A stretch of 64,000 bases of DNA from IMG/VR virus record IMGVR_UViG_2576861533_000004, positions 1,662 to 65,661 of that record; one strand, written 5' to 3'. Positions 28,940 through 38,823 of the stretch are shown here, piece after piece (the first letter of the stretch is position 1; each line of letters opens with the position of its first letter). The translations under genes were made by a program, and so were the position numbers. The notes beneath the pieces were generated by a model. That model saw only the letters and a program-made list of their open reading frames with translations, did not search any database and had not been told where the DNA came from. The stretch comes from a virus. Lineage: Duplodnaviria > Caudoviricetes.

Positions 28940-30661
28940 TTATTTCCGATTGAGGAAAAATATTCCTCCGGTGCCGGTTCCCGGACGTGTGAAGTAGAAA
29001 TTCATACCGAGCCATAATGTGTCGAAGGCATCCGTAACATGGGTTTTGTATTGATCCGGATTGTCCGGAGTATCGTCAGTACCTTCCGGAGCTTTGTCCT
29101 TCTCAAAACCGTTTTTACCCTGCTTAATACCGGTTTGCTCCATGGCGATCTTGAGGAACTCGTTTTGATAGAGATTGAAACGAATCCACAGGAATTGCGG
29201 ATCACCTTTCAATGCGAGATCGATATTGAGGTGTTTCCATTCATGTTTGGGTGCCTGTCCGACATATACCATTGCAGGAGTGTACCGGTTCTCTTTGAAT
29301 ACACGTTCAATGATATCCGCATAGGTTTCTGTTGTGGAGCCCGACTCCCAGGTAAAAGTATGATCATAGTAGACGACTACATCGTGATTGAGCTTGGGAC
29401 GGTAATAGTCAGCTATCTGTTGTACCAGGTCTCCGAGTTTGGATGGGGTTTTGACATAGAACGATTTGATGATTTTCATCGTATTCCCGTCCAGTTGTGC
29501 CACTACCGCTGTCGAGATTGACGCATTGGAGTCGAATGCAATATGCAGTTCTTTGTCAAAATCAAGGTCACCGTCTCCCAGGCAGCCGCAGGAACTCAGT
29601 TGCTTCCAATTACTTCCAAGATTCTTCAGCCTTCCGTTATCAGCCGGCTGATAGAAATGTATGCGGTCGTCCAGGGCACTATAAAAGCCATTGGGAACTT
29701 TCATCAGCCGTTCGTTCAGGAAGGCGGTACGCCATACCAACGGGGGAGAATCACGTTGCATCTGCCAAATGAAGTCTTCTCCCAGGACCTCAAGGTTATC
29801 AAAGACATCATATTCACCATAAAATACAGTGTATTCCCGTTTTTTCTTATCATTCGGTTTGAGTGCAGGCTGAAACTTCCGGGCTATGTCAAGATCACGT
29901 TGAAGTTCCCGGATCATCCGCATGGTGTGTTCGGTCAGCGGTTTACGTTTGTAATCCTGAAGTTCTTTATACAGGTTGCGAATGAGTTGGATATGTGGGG
30001 GCTGCATCTCTTCCTGTTTGTCGAGAATCCAACGTCCCATGGATGATCCGGGCATGTCCGTTGAGTAACATACGCTGTGATGGTGAGGACAGTGCCCGAA
30101 ATATTGCCGGTTTCCCCTGTTGGCCGGATTGACCTCGTTCTTTATCTTGTCATAGGAAAGGAACTTTGCCTCCGGCCCTATCACCCAGTCAAGCGACATG
30201 GAGTTTGCGGACATCCCTTGATTAAAGGAAAGAATAACCATAACCGTGCCATTCCAGAAATGGAAAGCATTACTCCATCCGTCTCCGAGTACCGGACGGA
30301 CAGGCTTGGCAAAGCCCATGGAAGGTGGTGCTTTATGGCCAACGACATAATGGATATTTTGAATGTATCCCCATTCGGCGAGTGCTTTACAGATAGCCGG
30401 AAGGGTATTTCCCCATGCCTTGGCATAGCTGGGAGAGATCATTCCACCCAATGAACCGGGCATTTCCCAGACGTTTCTGAGAATGAAGCGGGCGTCGATA
30501 CCTTCTGACTTACCGGTACCACGCGATGCAACGATGTATTCGTCATGTGCGGCAATAGCCATTGCCTGGCGTTGCATTTTGTTGAAGAACTTCCGTATCA
30601 CATTGGCCTGTTTCATCCGGAGTTCGTACGCCGATGGTATGGGAGAGGCTTGGGCTGTCAT
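28940..30661 (-). CDS. Terminase large subunit
   Basis: Walker A ASRGTGKS; Walker B-like VIGPEA; C-terminal nuclease motifs IAFDSN and HVTDAFD. Confidence 0.85.
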   Translation of the reverse strand: MTAQASPIPSAYELRMKQANVIRKFFNKMQRQAMAIAAHDEYIVASRGTGKSEGIDARFILRNVWEMPGSLGGMISPSYAKAWGNTLPAICKALAEWGYIQNIHYVVGHKAPPSMGFAKPVRPVLGDGWSNAFHFWNGTVMVILSFNQGMSANSMSLDWVIGPEAKFLSYDKIKNEVNPANRGNRQYFGHCPHHHSVCYSTDMPGSSMGRWILDKQEEMQPPHIQLIRNLYKELQDYKRKPLTEHTMRMIRELQRDLDIARKFQPALKPNDKKKREYTVFYGEYDVFDNLEVLGEDFIWQMQRDSPPLVWRTAFLNERLMKVPNGFYSALDDRIHFYQPADNGRLKNLGSNWKQLSSCGCLGDGDLDFDKELHIAFDSNASISTAVVAQLDGNTMKIIKSFYVKTPSKLGDLVQQIADYYRPKLNHDVVVYYDHTFTWESGSTTETYADIIERVFKENRYTPAMVYVGQAPKHEWKHLNIDLALKGDPQFLWIRFNLYQNEFLKIAMEQTGIKQGKNGFEKDKAPEGTDDTPDNPDQYKTHVTDAFDTLWLGMNFYFTRPGTGTGGIFFLNRK

Positions 30662-31263
30662 TCTTCAATATCCTCCTCTTCAATGGTTTGAATATCTGTC
30701 GCCTGTTTGGTCAACATATCTTTGCATAAGCTGCGGAGTTCCTGGCGGCGTTGCTCCAGATTGTCTATCACTTCAATACCCTCAAGTGTCGTCACATCGT
30801 CAGAAGGTTCAAAAGATGGGGGAATAAGCTGACCGAAGTCGAATGCGTCATCGTCTTTGTCGGAACGGGTGTATTTACCTATCTTGTCGAGAGCGGCGGC
30901 AGCTCCTTTAGCATCTCCGTTGTCGATAGCGAGTTGAAATGCCTTCTTTCCTCCTTCTACAATCATGTAGCGATACCAAGATTTGGCCGCTAACTGGATG
31001 TTACCGACCAGCCGGTTGATCATACCGATATCGCGATAGGCCTGTGATTGGGAAACAGGTTCCGCTTGCCCTCCACATCCGTGCATGAGAAAAGTAACGA
31101 GCTCCTGGTCTTCAATTAATGGGCTTTCCATTTTCTTACTAACACAAAGCATCATCCGATTCTTAATTTCCATCTCCTTTGGTGATAACTGGAGAGCGGA
31201 TTCACCCCGATCTTTGAACAGGGAGCGTTCGATGCGGTCGTAGGTTGTGTCTTTTTTCGGCAT
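30658..31263 (-). CDS. Terminase small subunit (putative)
   Basis: HTH-like VSQSQAYRD motif; immediately upstream of and overlapping the large subunit. Confidence 0.6.
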   Translation of the reverse strand: MPKKDTTYDRIERSLFKDRGESALQLSPKEMEIKNRMMLCVSKKMESPLIEDQELVTFLMHGCGGQAEPVSQSQAYRDIGMINRLVGNIQLAAKSWYRYMIVEGGKKAFQLAIDNGDAKGAAAALDKIGKYTRSDKDDDAFDFGQLIPPSFEPSDDVTTLEGIEVIDNLEQRRQELRSLCKDMLTKQATDIQTIEEEDIEE

Positions 31264-31266
31264 AAT

Positions 31267-31554
31267 TTAGTCGTTGATGATTTGTTCTTTCATGTATTTA
31301 TCAGCAAGTGGCTCGGCCGCCGGACTTCCGGCCTTGGCTAACTTGATCACAGTTTTTCGGAGTTCGAATTTTGTTTGCAGGCGTCCCTGATGGTATGCTT
31401 CGTAGATAGGAGAATGATGATGATTTTTGCAAATATCACAGAAGTAGCTGCGTTCACCGGCAGGCAGCGAAATTAGAATGGCGATTTCTGCCGGAGGCAG
31501 CAGAGCTGCGGCCATCTCTCTGATTTGTTGCAAGGTTTCATCTGATAACTCCAT
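31267..31554 (-). CDS. Small helical phage protein
   Basis: 95 aa; packaging region. Confidence 0.6.
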   Translation of the reverse strand: MELSDETLQQIREMAAALLPPAEIAILISLPAGERSYFCDICKNHHHSPIYEAYHQGRLQTKFELRKTVIKLAKAGSPAAEPLADKYMKEQIIND

Positions 31555-31556
31555 TT

Positions 31557-32048
31557 CTATTCTAATATTTCGTAACTGATTGCTTGATTATATGCCTGCT
31601 CGAACATTTCCGAGAAGTAATTGAAATGCTTTCCGGAAGTGAAATAGAAGCCATTTTCCCAGCGGTGATTCTGGTTCAGGTTCGCGGAACCGGCAATACC
31701 GAACTGATATTTGTCATTTTCCACCAATAACACTTTTGCATGACAGGAGTCAATCCGTATGCGTGGTGTGATGTTGGAGGCAAACAGTAACAAGTCAAGC
31801 TTGTGCCGTTTTACCGTCGTATCGAGCAGGAGGGTCAGACCTGTAATTTTTTTATCATCGGCCAGGAAGAAGAGAGGGCGTAAACTGTCCTCTGAGATAC
31901 TGAATGTAGCGATCCTTATATCCGCCGGTCCGATTTCAGATAAAAGAGAGGGCAACACTTCATGTATTGCCCAGTCTCCTTTGTGCATGAACGGTTCGAT
32001 AGAACCGGGACACAAAGCCAAAGGAAAGTTATCCTGAAACCTTTTCAC
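31557..32048 (-). CDS. Phospholipase D-family nuclease-like protein
   Basis: HAKVLLVE (HxKxxxxE) and GSANL motifs. Confidence 0.75.
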   Translation of the reverse strand: MKRFQDNFPLALCPGSIEPFMHKGDWAIHEVLPSLLSEIGPADIRIATFSISEDSLRPLFFLADDKKITGLTLLLDTTVKRHKLDLLLFASNITPRIRIDSCHAKVLLVENDKYQFGIAGSANLNQNHRWENGFYFTSGKHFNYFSEMFEQAYNQAISYEILE

Positions 32049-32985
32049 CTTGTTCTGCCGATAATTCTGCCGTTAAAGCGGCTAATTCAGTTTCGTATTT
32101 AGCAATCCGGTCGAGTGCGTTCTGCAGAACAGCCTGCTTTCCCTCTTTCCCGGCCCTCTCTGCGGCTGTTTTGCTGTTCGTAATGTTCTGCTTCAGACGT
32201 TTGATCTGACGGGCTATTTCGAAGCCTCTGACCACTGCATTTTCACTATACTCAGGACGTTTAGCATCAAGCTCTAAGGTTGCCTGTTTGCCTTCTGCGT
32301 AATCGTCAATCTGTTTCCAAAGTTTGCGACGTTCGTCGTCCAACTTGCAGAGTTCTTCTGCGAGGGGGTGACGTTCCTCTGCCGGGATATTCGGATTCGC
32401 AATATCATTATGGAGACTGGCGTACAGGGGAGCGATCTCTTTGATACGGGCGTATGCTTTACGTAAGGCAGGAGTGAGGGATTCTTCTGTTACGATCTTG
32501 ACGCCCGGAGTGTTCAAGGCATCCAGTTCGCCCCGGATAGCGGAGAGCTCTTTCATTTTCTCCTCGAACTCTTCATTTAAAGCTGAGAGTTCGTCAGCAT
32601 GATTTTCCGTGTCACTCTCAAGTTCGCTGATACGGTTATGCAGTCCGTCGATCTCCTCTTGGAGTCGGTCGATTGCCTCTTTCCGGATATCGGTTTCTTG
32701 AGTCCGTTGTTCGTCATTCAGTGTTTGAACGATCAGGATCTCTTCGAATGCAGCCGGGTAAACAGAAGGAGCATCTTTTATTTCCCTGGCTATTTTAGTC
32801 AGTATATTGACTAATTGTGTAAAGTGGGGATCGAAAATGTGAGGATTCTCCGGTGCCTGGGAAAGATAGTTCCCATAGCTGCTCTTGGTGTTTGCCTTTG
32901 CTAAAGCGTTAAAGAGTTCCATACCGTCAGCGTAGGTACGCTGACGGTTTGACAACCATTTTTCTAACTGTTCGTTTCTTGTCAT
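32029..32985 (-). CDS. Coiled-coil phage protein
   Basis: 318 aa; long heptad regions. Confidence 0.65.
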   Translation of the reverse strand: MTRNEQLEKWLSNRQRTYADGMELFNALAKANTKSSYGNYLSQAPENPHIFDPHFTQLVNILTKIAREIKDAPSVYPAAFEEILIVQTLNDEQRTQETDIRKEAIDRLQEEIDGLHNRISELESDTENHADELSALNEEFEEKMKELSAIRGELDALNTPGVKIVTEESLTPALRKAYARIKEIAPLYASLHNDIANPNIPAEERHPLAEELCKLDDERRKLWKQIDDYAEGKQATLELDAKRPEYSENAVVRGFEIARQIKRLKQNITNSKTAAERAGKEGKQAVLQNALDRIAKYETELAALTAELSAEQGEKVSG

Positions 32986-33002
32986 AAAATATATGTATTA
33001 TG

Positions 33003-33722
33003 TTAACCTCCGGGACTTGGAGCCGGTTTTAGGCCTGCAATGACTTCCATGTCGATTGGTGTTCCTAAAACAACAGCCGATTCATTTGCGTCACAAGTGG
33101 CTGTATAGGCAGTTCCCCGCTGATCGGCGGCGAGCTTACCACCATCAAAGGAGGGTGATACATCGGCATACATGCCCGGTTTACCCATCAGGAATTGTTG
33201 GCCGTCGGAATCTTCGAAGACGAAGTACCCCGGAGTGTTCTTGACAAGTGTACTGAAAGCATGCATTCCCGGAGTATTGCCGGGAAAGAAAAACTCTAAA
33301 GTCTGCTTAAAAGATTTTCCGTCCGTTTCGCCTTGAATTTCCGCTTTATAACCTACTTTCCCTTTTGTGGAATACAAGTAAATCGGCTGAGTGTAGGTTC
33401 CGCCACTTGGAAAAGTGAATGATCCTGAAGCGGTAATCAGGTCCTCATTCGTAGTAGGCTTTACCGGAATCATTGGTACGGTTGAAGGAGCGTCATACGG
33501 AATAAAGAGCAGCCGTCCTTTATAACCTCCCATGTTGTTTTGCCCGATATTCCATTTTAACGGGGCAAATGCCGGACCGGCAGCCAGAACGGTTAAACCG
33601 TCTGATGTCAGAAGATGATGGCTGATCCAGTTTCCGGTATCCGGAATGGCCGCTTGTACTTCCGGAAACAAGAACAGGCAGCAGATAAGCAGGCATGAAA
33701 TGCAAAGAATAAATCGTTTCAT
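33003..33722 (-). CDS. Major tail tube protein (putative) with a signal-like N-terminal extension
   Basis: GQNNMGG...QGETDGKSF...KN motif; located after the capsid gene. Confidence 0.6.
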   Translation of the reverse strand: MKRFILCISCLLICCLFLFPEVQAAIPDTGNWISHHLLTSDGLTVLAAGPAFAPLKWNIGQNNMGGYKGRLLFIPYDAPSTVPMIPVKPTTNEDLITASGSFTFPSGGTYTQPIYLYSTKGKVGYKAEIQGETDGKSFKQTLEFFFPGNTPGMHAFSTLVKNTPGYFVFEDSDGQQFLMGKPGMYADVSPSFDGGKLAADQRGTAYTATCDANESAVVLGTPIDMEVIAGLKPAPSPGG

Positions 33723-33779
33723 AATCAGGTAATTGTTTAGTTTATGTAGGGGAAGGTAAGACTCCCTTCCCCGGATTAG

Positions 33780-35048
33780 TTAAGTATAGGCTCCGGTAGC
33801 GGTGGCTACTTCACCGGCAACAACTGTAACCTGTGTATTTGCCGGTTTGGTCTTGCCATCGGCATCAGTGAACTCGATGGTGTATTTTCCCGGAGGAAGT
33901 CCAATGATGCATTGGCCGTTACCGCGTTTGGCAACTTTTCCCTGGATACTCCATTGGCCTTTGTCGGTGCCGGTGATGGCTACCTGCACTCCACCGGTTT
34001 TACAATAGTCGCCGGCCAGGTCGAGAGATTCGTTCTTCTGCTCGTTACAGCGGAAGACTTTCTCATGCCAGTCATTGATACGTGTATCGTATCCTGCCTG
34101 CAACCAGAACTGCCATTCGTTCGGGTCCTCGTAAATATCACGTATCTGGCAGAATTTAGAAGCCGCTTGAGTATTGAACGCCACGTCTATGTTACCAACT
34201 TTCTGAAGGGTCAGCCGGGAACCTTGGCCTAAAGCTTCGTGGGAGGAGACAATCAGGTTCGGACACATGGCGTCTTCCCGCAAGAGTTCAAGCATGCGTT
34301 GCATGGAAGGATATTCCTGCATGCGTAACTTATTACGTAATGCTGAACGGGCAGCTTTCAAAACGGTTTCAGCACACAAAAGCTGTGGTACACCGCCTAT
34401 TGAAGAACGAAGGTAGGTGTTTGCCCCTCCGATCCATTCCACCAGATTCTCGTAAGCTGCATAATCTGTATCTGATGTTGGCGCGGCAAACTCTCCGGAA
34501 ATAGCGAAATTACCACGGGCCGCATTTACATCGCCACGAGTGATCAGCATGTCCATCTTGGTATAAATACCATCGAAAGCCCCGCCGGGTGAGTTGGAAT
34601 CTTCATCCCGTTCGGCAGAGAACAGGCTATATACGATATCTTCCAGATGCGAACGTACCAGGGTAAATGCAACCTTGGTTTCCATCGGATGTTTTTTTGT
34701 AGTGTTGCTTACCGGAGTGCCACCGATGATCAGCAGTTCGTTATCATCGTACTTCTGGGAGTTTTCTTTGGTGATGCAGACAACATCTTTCGGCTCGATG
34801 ACTGAGGGTTCGTAACCTAAGAGTTTATCGACCAGTCCGAAGTTCTTTCCGATTTTATACGATTGCGTACCACCGGCACGACGACGCTCGTTGATACGTG
34901 CGTGTTTGCCTTGCAGGTCCATAACATTCAGCTTCAGTAGGTTTGCCACTTCGGTGAGGGTGGCAAACGGCAGCGCACGAAGTTCCTGGTCATAAATGAC
35001 CAGTGCTTCGTTCAGTTTAGAGACATCAATTAGTTTATTTGCAGCCAT
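33780..35048 (-). CDS. Major capsid protein with a C-terminal Ig/PEGA-like domain
   Basis: 422 aa after the protease/scaffold gene; FDG motif; GLPPGKYTIEF C-terminal domain. Confidence 0.75.
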   Translation of the reverse strand: MAANKLIDVSKLNEALVIYDQELRALPFATLTEVANLLKLNVMDLQGKHARINERRRAGGTQSYKIGKNFGLVDKLLGYEPSVIEPKDVVCITKENSQKYDDNELLIIGGTPVSNTTKKHPMETKVAFTLVRSHLEDIVYSLFSAERDEDSNSPGGAFDGIYTKMDMLITRGDVNAARGNFAISGEFAAPTSDTDYAAYENLVEWIGGANTYLRSSIGGVPQLLCAETVLKAARSALRNKLRMQEYPSMQRMLELLREDAMCPNLIVSSHEALGQGSRLTLQKVGNIDVAFNTQAASKFCQIRDIYEDPNEWQFWLQAGYDTRINDWHEKVFRCNEQKNESLDLAGDYCKTGGVQVAITGTDKGQWSIQGKVAKRGNGQCIIGLPPGKYTIEFTDADGKTKPANTQVTVVAGEVATATGAYT

Positions 35049-35083
35049 TTGAATAGACTTTTTAATAGTTAAAGTTTAGGTTA

Positions 35084-36061
35084 TTAATACAGGCCCTCAG
35101 CTTTTAATTTCTCGGTGATGGCTTGATAGTTTCCTGCGTTCTGGTCACAAAAAGCAGATAACTCTTCCTGGGTTCCGCTACCTTCAGGCTCTTGTTCAGG
35201 AGTCAGACCGGCATGCCCCGGTGTAGGACCGTTCTTCAGATTCTTCACTTGCTCTTCAAGTTGGGTGATTTTAGAATCCTTCTCAGTGATAGAGTTCTTG
35301 AGAGTACTAATCTCGTTATCCTTGCCGGATGTAGAACCGTTCAGCTCTGTAATCTTCGCGTTGGCAGAGTTAAGTTTCTCTTCAATATCGGTCTTAGCCT
35401 GTACAAGAGTAGCGTTCTCTGTCTTTAATCGTTCCATTTCAGCATGGATAGAGTCCAGGTTTTCAGCAGACAGTTCGGTGGTTTCCGCTTTATCTTTTGA
35501 AATTCCCAGGAAAGAGAGGAAGCCGGTCCATGATGGTTTGTAATTCATTGCCTTTTCTTTTGGGATTGTTAATGCTGGCACAATATTCGTGTCCATACCC
35601 GCTGCCAGTAAAACGGAGGAGGAACGGTCGTATAAGCGCACGGCATGGGAGTTGGCCGGGATATCCACGATGGAAGCCTCCATAACTTCTGCTTTGGTAA
35701 CAGTTTCGCGTGTTTGTCCCGGAAGCAGATATTCTTTTTCGGAGGATGTGGCCAGGATACGTATACCAATACTTGCGGCCCGTAAGGTCCCTGCTTCGTA
35801 TTTTGCGGCAATGGTCTTCGATAAATCGTCTACCTTGTCGAAAACAGGAATAGCAGAAAGCACGTCGTCCTCTATCTTGATATCGTCCCAATATCCGATT
35901 GCTTTGTAATCACACCATAGGGGTGATCCTTCATCACGGAAATGCCCATACAGCATCACCGGGTTGTCAATGAAAGCTTCAAGAAGAAGTCCAGCAGTAA
36001 GAACCCGGTAGCCGTACCGGTTGAGTGATGAATCTGATAAGATGATGCGTTTTTGGCTCAT
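35084..36061 (-). CDS. Prohead protease/scaffold protein (HK97-type)
   Basis: NPVMLYGH, AASIGI and EASIVDIPAN motifs, plus a coiled-coil C-terminus. Confidence 0.85.
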   Translation of the reverse strand: MSQKRIILSDSSLNRYGYRVLTAGLLLEAFIDNPVMLYGHFRDEGSPLWCDYKAIGYWDDIKIEDDVLSAIPVFDKVDDLSKTIAAKYEAGTLRAASIGIRILATSSEKEYLLPGQTRETVTKAEVMEASIVDIPANSHAVRLYDRSSSVLLAAGMDTNIVPALTIPKEKAMNYKPSWTGFLSFLGISKDKAETTELSAENLDSIHAEMERLKTENATLVQAKTDIEEKLNSANAKITELNGSTSGKDNEISTLKNSITEKDSKITQLEEQVKNLKNGPTPGHAGLTPEQEPEGSGTQEELSAFCDQNAGNYQAITEKLKAEGLY

Positions 36062-36076
36062 TGCACTTATTTTGTT

Positions 36077-36113
36077 GCAATGATACGGCTATATATAATG
36101 ATGCCGAAGGACG
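36077..36113 (-). promoter_or_regulatory. Putative late promoter for the head operon
   Basis: CGTCCTTC...TATCATTGC; same spacing as the other copies. Confidence 0.6.
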
Positions 36114-36114
36114 G

Positions 36115-36570
36115 TTATAACTCTGTAACAGGTAGTGGAGGATAGGCGCCTTTTCCGGAAAAAGTGGCTTCAATTCCGGAGAGGTCGGAGGCTTTGGTTC
36201 CTGTTTTCTCTATCACGGTTCCCAGAAGCGGGTACTCTTTGCTTCCATATAATCGGATATTGCCATTCGCATCCTTGCATCTTACTACGCAACCACGTAC
36301 ATTGATAGTCCGCAGGATGTGAAGTTCTGAATCTGTCAGTCCTGTGCGTTTCAGGCGGATGGTAAGGGTCTGTTTATATAGCGTACCGGCTTGAGTGTCG
36401 TCCGCTTCCACATCTGGAGAAACTCCCATATAGGTGATAGGCAGGTTTCTCCAGGTATTGGGCCGGTGAAGGCTGATAACGGCTGAGTGATTGATGACTG
36501 AAAATAAACTTATTTCATCCGTGAACAGGAAATCTGCCTGAATGACTCCTCCGATATTGTTTGTATTCAT
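36115..36570 (-). CDS. Phage structural-like hypothetical protein
   Basis: NNIGG...DANGNIRLYGSKEYPL; distant resemblance to tube-type proteins. Confidence 0.55.
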   Translation of the reverse strand: MNTNNIGGVIQADFLFTDEISLFSVINHSAVISLHRPNTWRNLPITYMGVSPDVEADDTQAGTLYKQTLTIRLKRTGLTDSELHILRTINVRGCVVRCKDANGNIRLYGSKEYPLLGTVIEKTGTKASDLSGIEATFSGKGAYPPLPVTEL

Positions 36571-36663
36571 ATTCTGTTGATTTACAATATACTATCTGTG
36601 ATTCTCTCTTTTCGAACATTTTTCACTCAAAAAAAGGACATTTAACTACGCTTACTCGATGAA

Positions 36664-37134
36664 TTATTCTCGCTTTTTATAGCTCCTTTTTTCTTTTCTC
36701 CTCACTTTTGCCCTCCAACGCTGGTAGTGTTTGAGAAAAGCTTCTTCCGTAAGAGAATCAATTCCATATCTGCGCATGAAGAATTGCACTCCATCAATGT
36801 ATTTGATTCCGTACCGGTGCTTCTGTTCGTCCAGGTATTCATGCAACTCCGCCCACATCATCAATTCTATTTTCCGGGAAATGATCACCTGGGAGCGAAG
36901 TCCTAAATAGTTGTAGGTCACTGGCGATTTGCCTATACTTCGTTCAGGCAGACAGATTTCTAAATTACCACGATCAACCGGAGCTTCCGACGGTCTCTTC
37001 TGGAGAAGGTCGAATATTACGTGATAGATATCCAGGTTATCAGGAAAACGGACCGGATCAGAGGTCAGGTGACAGTATTTGCCGCGGATATACTCACATA
37101 GATGCGGAGGAACTTCGATTTTGGTAGTTATCAT
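36664..37134 (-). CDS. Putative DNA-binding protein / late transcription activator
   Basis: 156 aa; basic C-terminus; lies between the replication and late modules. Confidence 0.45.
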   Translation of the reverse strand: MITTKIEVPPHLCEYIRGKYCHLTSDPVRFPDNLDIYHVIFDLLQKRPSEAPVDRGNLEICLPERSIGKSPVTYNYLGLRSQVIISRKIELMMWAELHEYLDEQKHRYGIKYIDGVQFFMRRYGIDSLTEEAFLKHYQRWRAKVRRKEKRSYKKRE

Positions 37135-37219
37135 TTAGGTCATAGAATGGTTTACGCTAATATACAAAGTTTTGCGGACATAAACAAGACTTTCCGAAAC
37201 AAACTAATCCCCCTTGCAA

Positions 37220-37475
37220 AAACGGTACTCCTTTTTTGTGCAACTGTGTAAATCGTGCAGTATTATCATATAATGTGTTGATTATAATTGGTTTATGTCT
37301 GCACGAAACATGGTACGTTTTTGTACGATTGGTTCATTGTGCGTACAAAATACAATTTTGTGCAATTTAGTACGAGGCGTACGTTTTTGTACGAAATTTG
37401 TGCTCTGTTTAATTATTTGATTTATAGTGTAATAAATACCGAATTGCACCTTTCTGCACGAAAGCACAAAAATAT
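37220..37475. repeat. Iteron-like repeat cluster, putative replication origin
   Basis: GTACGTTTTTGTACGA twice (about 37313 and 37379), CTGCACGAAA twice, many GTAC/GCAC cores in both orientations, AT-rich flanks. Confidence 0.55.
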
Positions 37476-37680
37476 TCTATATTTTTAAGGTAGTCTCTTT
37501 TACAGAAGAAAGAAAAAATAAAAATAATATATAGACACCTCGTTGCCGGCTTTACTTCGTCTCAGGCACAGTTGTTCAAAACGTTCTTCTAAGCAAAAGG
37601 GGGTAAAGGGGGAACGACCGAAAAAACAAAGCCGCGATACGCTGATGCGTACCGCGGCCGGATAAATGTTTCGACTTGTG

Positions 37681-38010
37681 CTATCGCAAATCATTCGGAT
37701 AAAACACCTGAGATACCAACTCGTACTCACGGGGCAGTGACTTCACACCTACACAAACACATATACCTCTTGCTGCAAGCTCATACAGCCGTTGTGTTGT
37801 GACGATAGAACCCCGGAAATGATAGTTACTGCAAAGCACAAAATATGCAGTTGCCAGGTCAAAGGAATAAATGTCCTTGCTTATGATCTTGAGTGCATCG
37901 GACGGAATCTTGGCAAAACCTAAACGAACGGCCAGGCGTGCGATCAACTGCTCACGCTCGACGGGATCAGGAGATATGACTACGAATATTTTATTCTCTT
38001 TTTTTATCAT
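37681..38010 (-). CDS. Phage hypothetical protein
   Basis: 109-aa ORF in the early operon. Confidence 0.6.
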   Translation of the reverse strand: MIKKENKIFVVISPDPVEREQLIARLAVRLGFAKIPSDALKIISKDIYSFDLATAYFVLCSNYHFRGSIVTTQRLYELAARGICVCVGVKSLPREYELVSQVFYPNDLR

Positions 38011-38076
38011 TATAATGTTGTGTATATCAAATAAAAGACGTATCTTTATAGGGTAATAAATTGGGATAATATACTC

Positions 38077-38406
38077 CTATCGTCGTGAGTAGAAATGAAC
38101 CCAGGATTTGGATTTTACGAACTTCGCGCACCGGCGAATAATTGTATAATCATCCGAAAACTCAAGTAATGCATCCGTCAACTCTTTCTGTTCCGTCTCT
38201 TCCTGAATAATCCAACATGCACACTTTATAAACAAGTCATAGGAGGACGCCTCACAGTGATCCATTACACGAATACTTCCGCATTCCGGAATGCTATCCA
38301 GCAGCAGGTACACTGCGTTATAAAAGCGATTAAAGCGCTCCGGATTCTCTTTGTATACGGATATCAATTCGTTAATATTGGTCAGTTTAAAAGAAGATAG
38401 GTTCAT
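38077..38406 (-). CDS. Phage hypothetical protein
   Basis: 109-aa ORF after ssb. Confidence 0.6.
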   Translation of the reverse strand: MNLSSFKLTNINELISVYKENPERFNRFYNAVYLLLDSIPECGSIRVMDHCEASSYDLFIKCACWIIQEETEQKELTDALLEFSDDYTIIRRCAKFVKSKSWVHFYSRR

Positions 38407-38417
38407 GGTATGTCATT

Positions 38418-38807
38418 TTATGGATTATAACTCAATTTCTGCTCGGGTTCCGGAGGGAGTGGGGGAGCATCCCGCTTGGGATCGAGCATTTCAATACTTT
38501 CGGCTACGATTTCAGAAACGGTTCGTTTCTGGCCGTCATTTGTTTCATACTTCCGGGTTGTGAATCTGCCTTCAATATACAGTTTGCTTCCTTTGTGGGT
38601 GTACTTCTCAATGGTTTCCGCCAATCCCCTCCAGGCTACGACGGGTATCCATTCGGTTCTCTCCGGAATCGTTTGACCGGCTTTGTTTGTATAAGCACGC
38701 TCTGTACATGCAATAGAAAATTGGGCTACTTTGATGCCGGTTTCAGTGGTACGGACCTCGGCATCACGTCCCATGTTGCCGATAAAAATACATTTGTTTA
38801 CACTCAT
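38418..38807 (-). CDS. ssb: Single-stranded DNA-binding protein
   Basis: MSVNKCIFIGNMGRDAEVR...TEW...KGSKLYIEG OB-fold signature. Confidence 0.93.
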   Translation of the reverse strand: MSVNKCIFIGNMGRDAEVRTTETGIKVAQFSIACTERAYTNKAGQTIPERTEWIPVVAWRGLAETIEKYTHKGSKLYIEGRFTTRKYETNDGQKRTVSEIVAESIEMLDPKRDAPPLPPEPEQKLSYNP

Positions 38808-38823
38808 TGTTTTTATGTTTAAG

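Noticed and set aside
29039-30993. Multiple plus-strand ORFs opposite the terminase (and similar ones opposite the TMP and primase genes)
   Set aside because: These are antisense shadows of long genes, with no motifs or independent expression signals.
37220-37475. CRISPR array
   Set aside because: Repeats are short, irregularly spaced and in both orientations, with no repeat-spacer periodicity and no cas genes.
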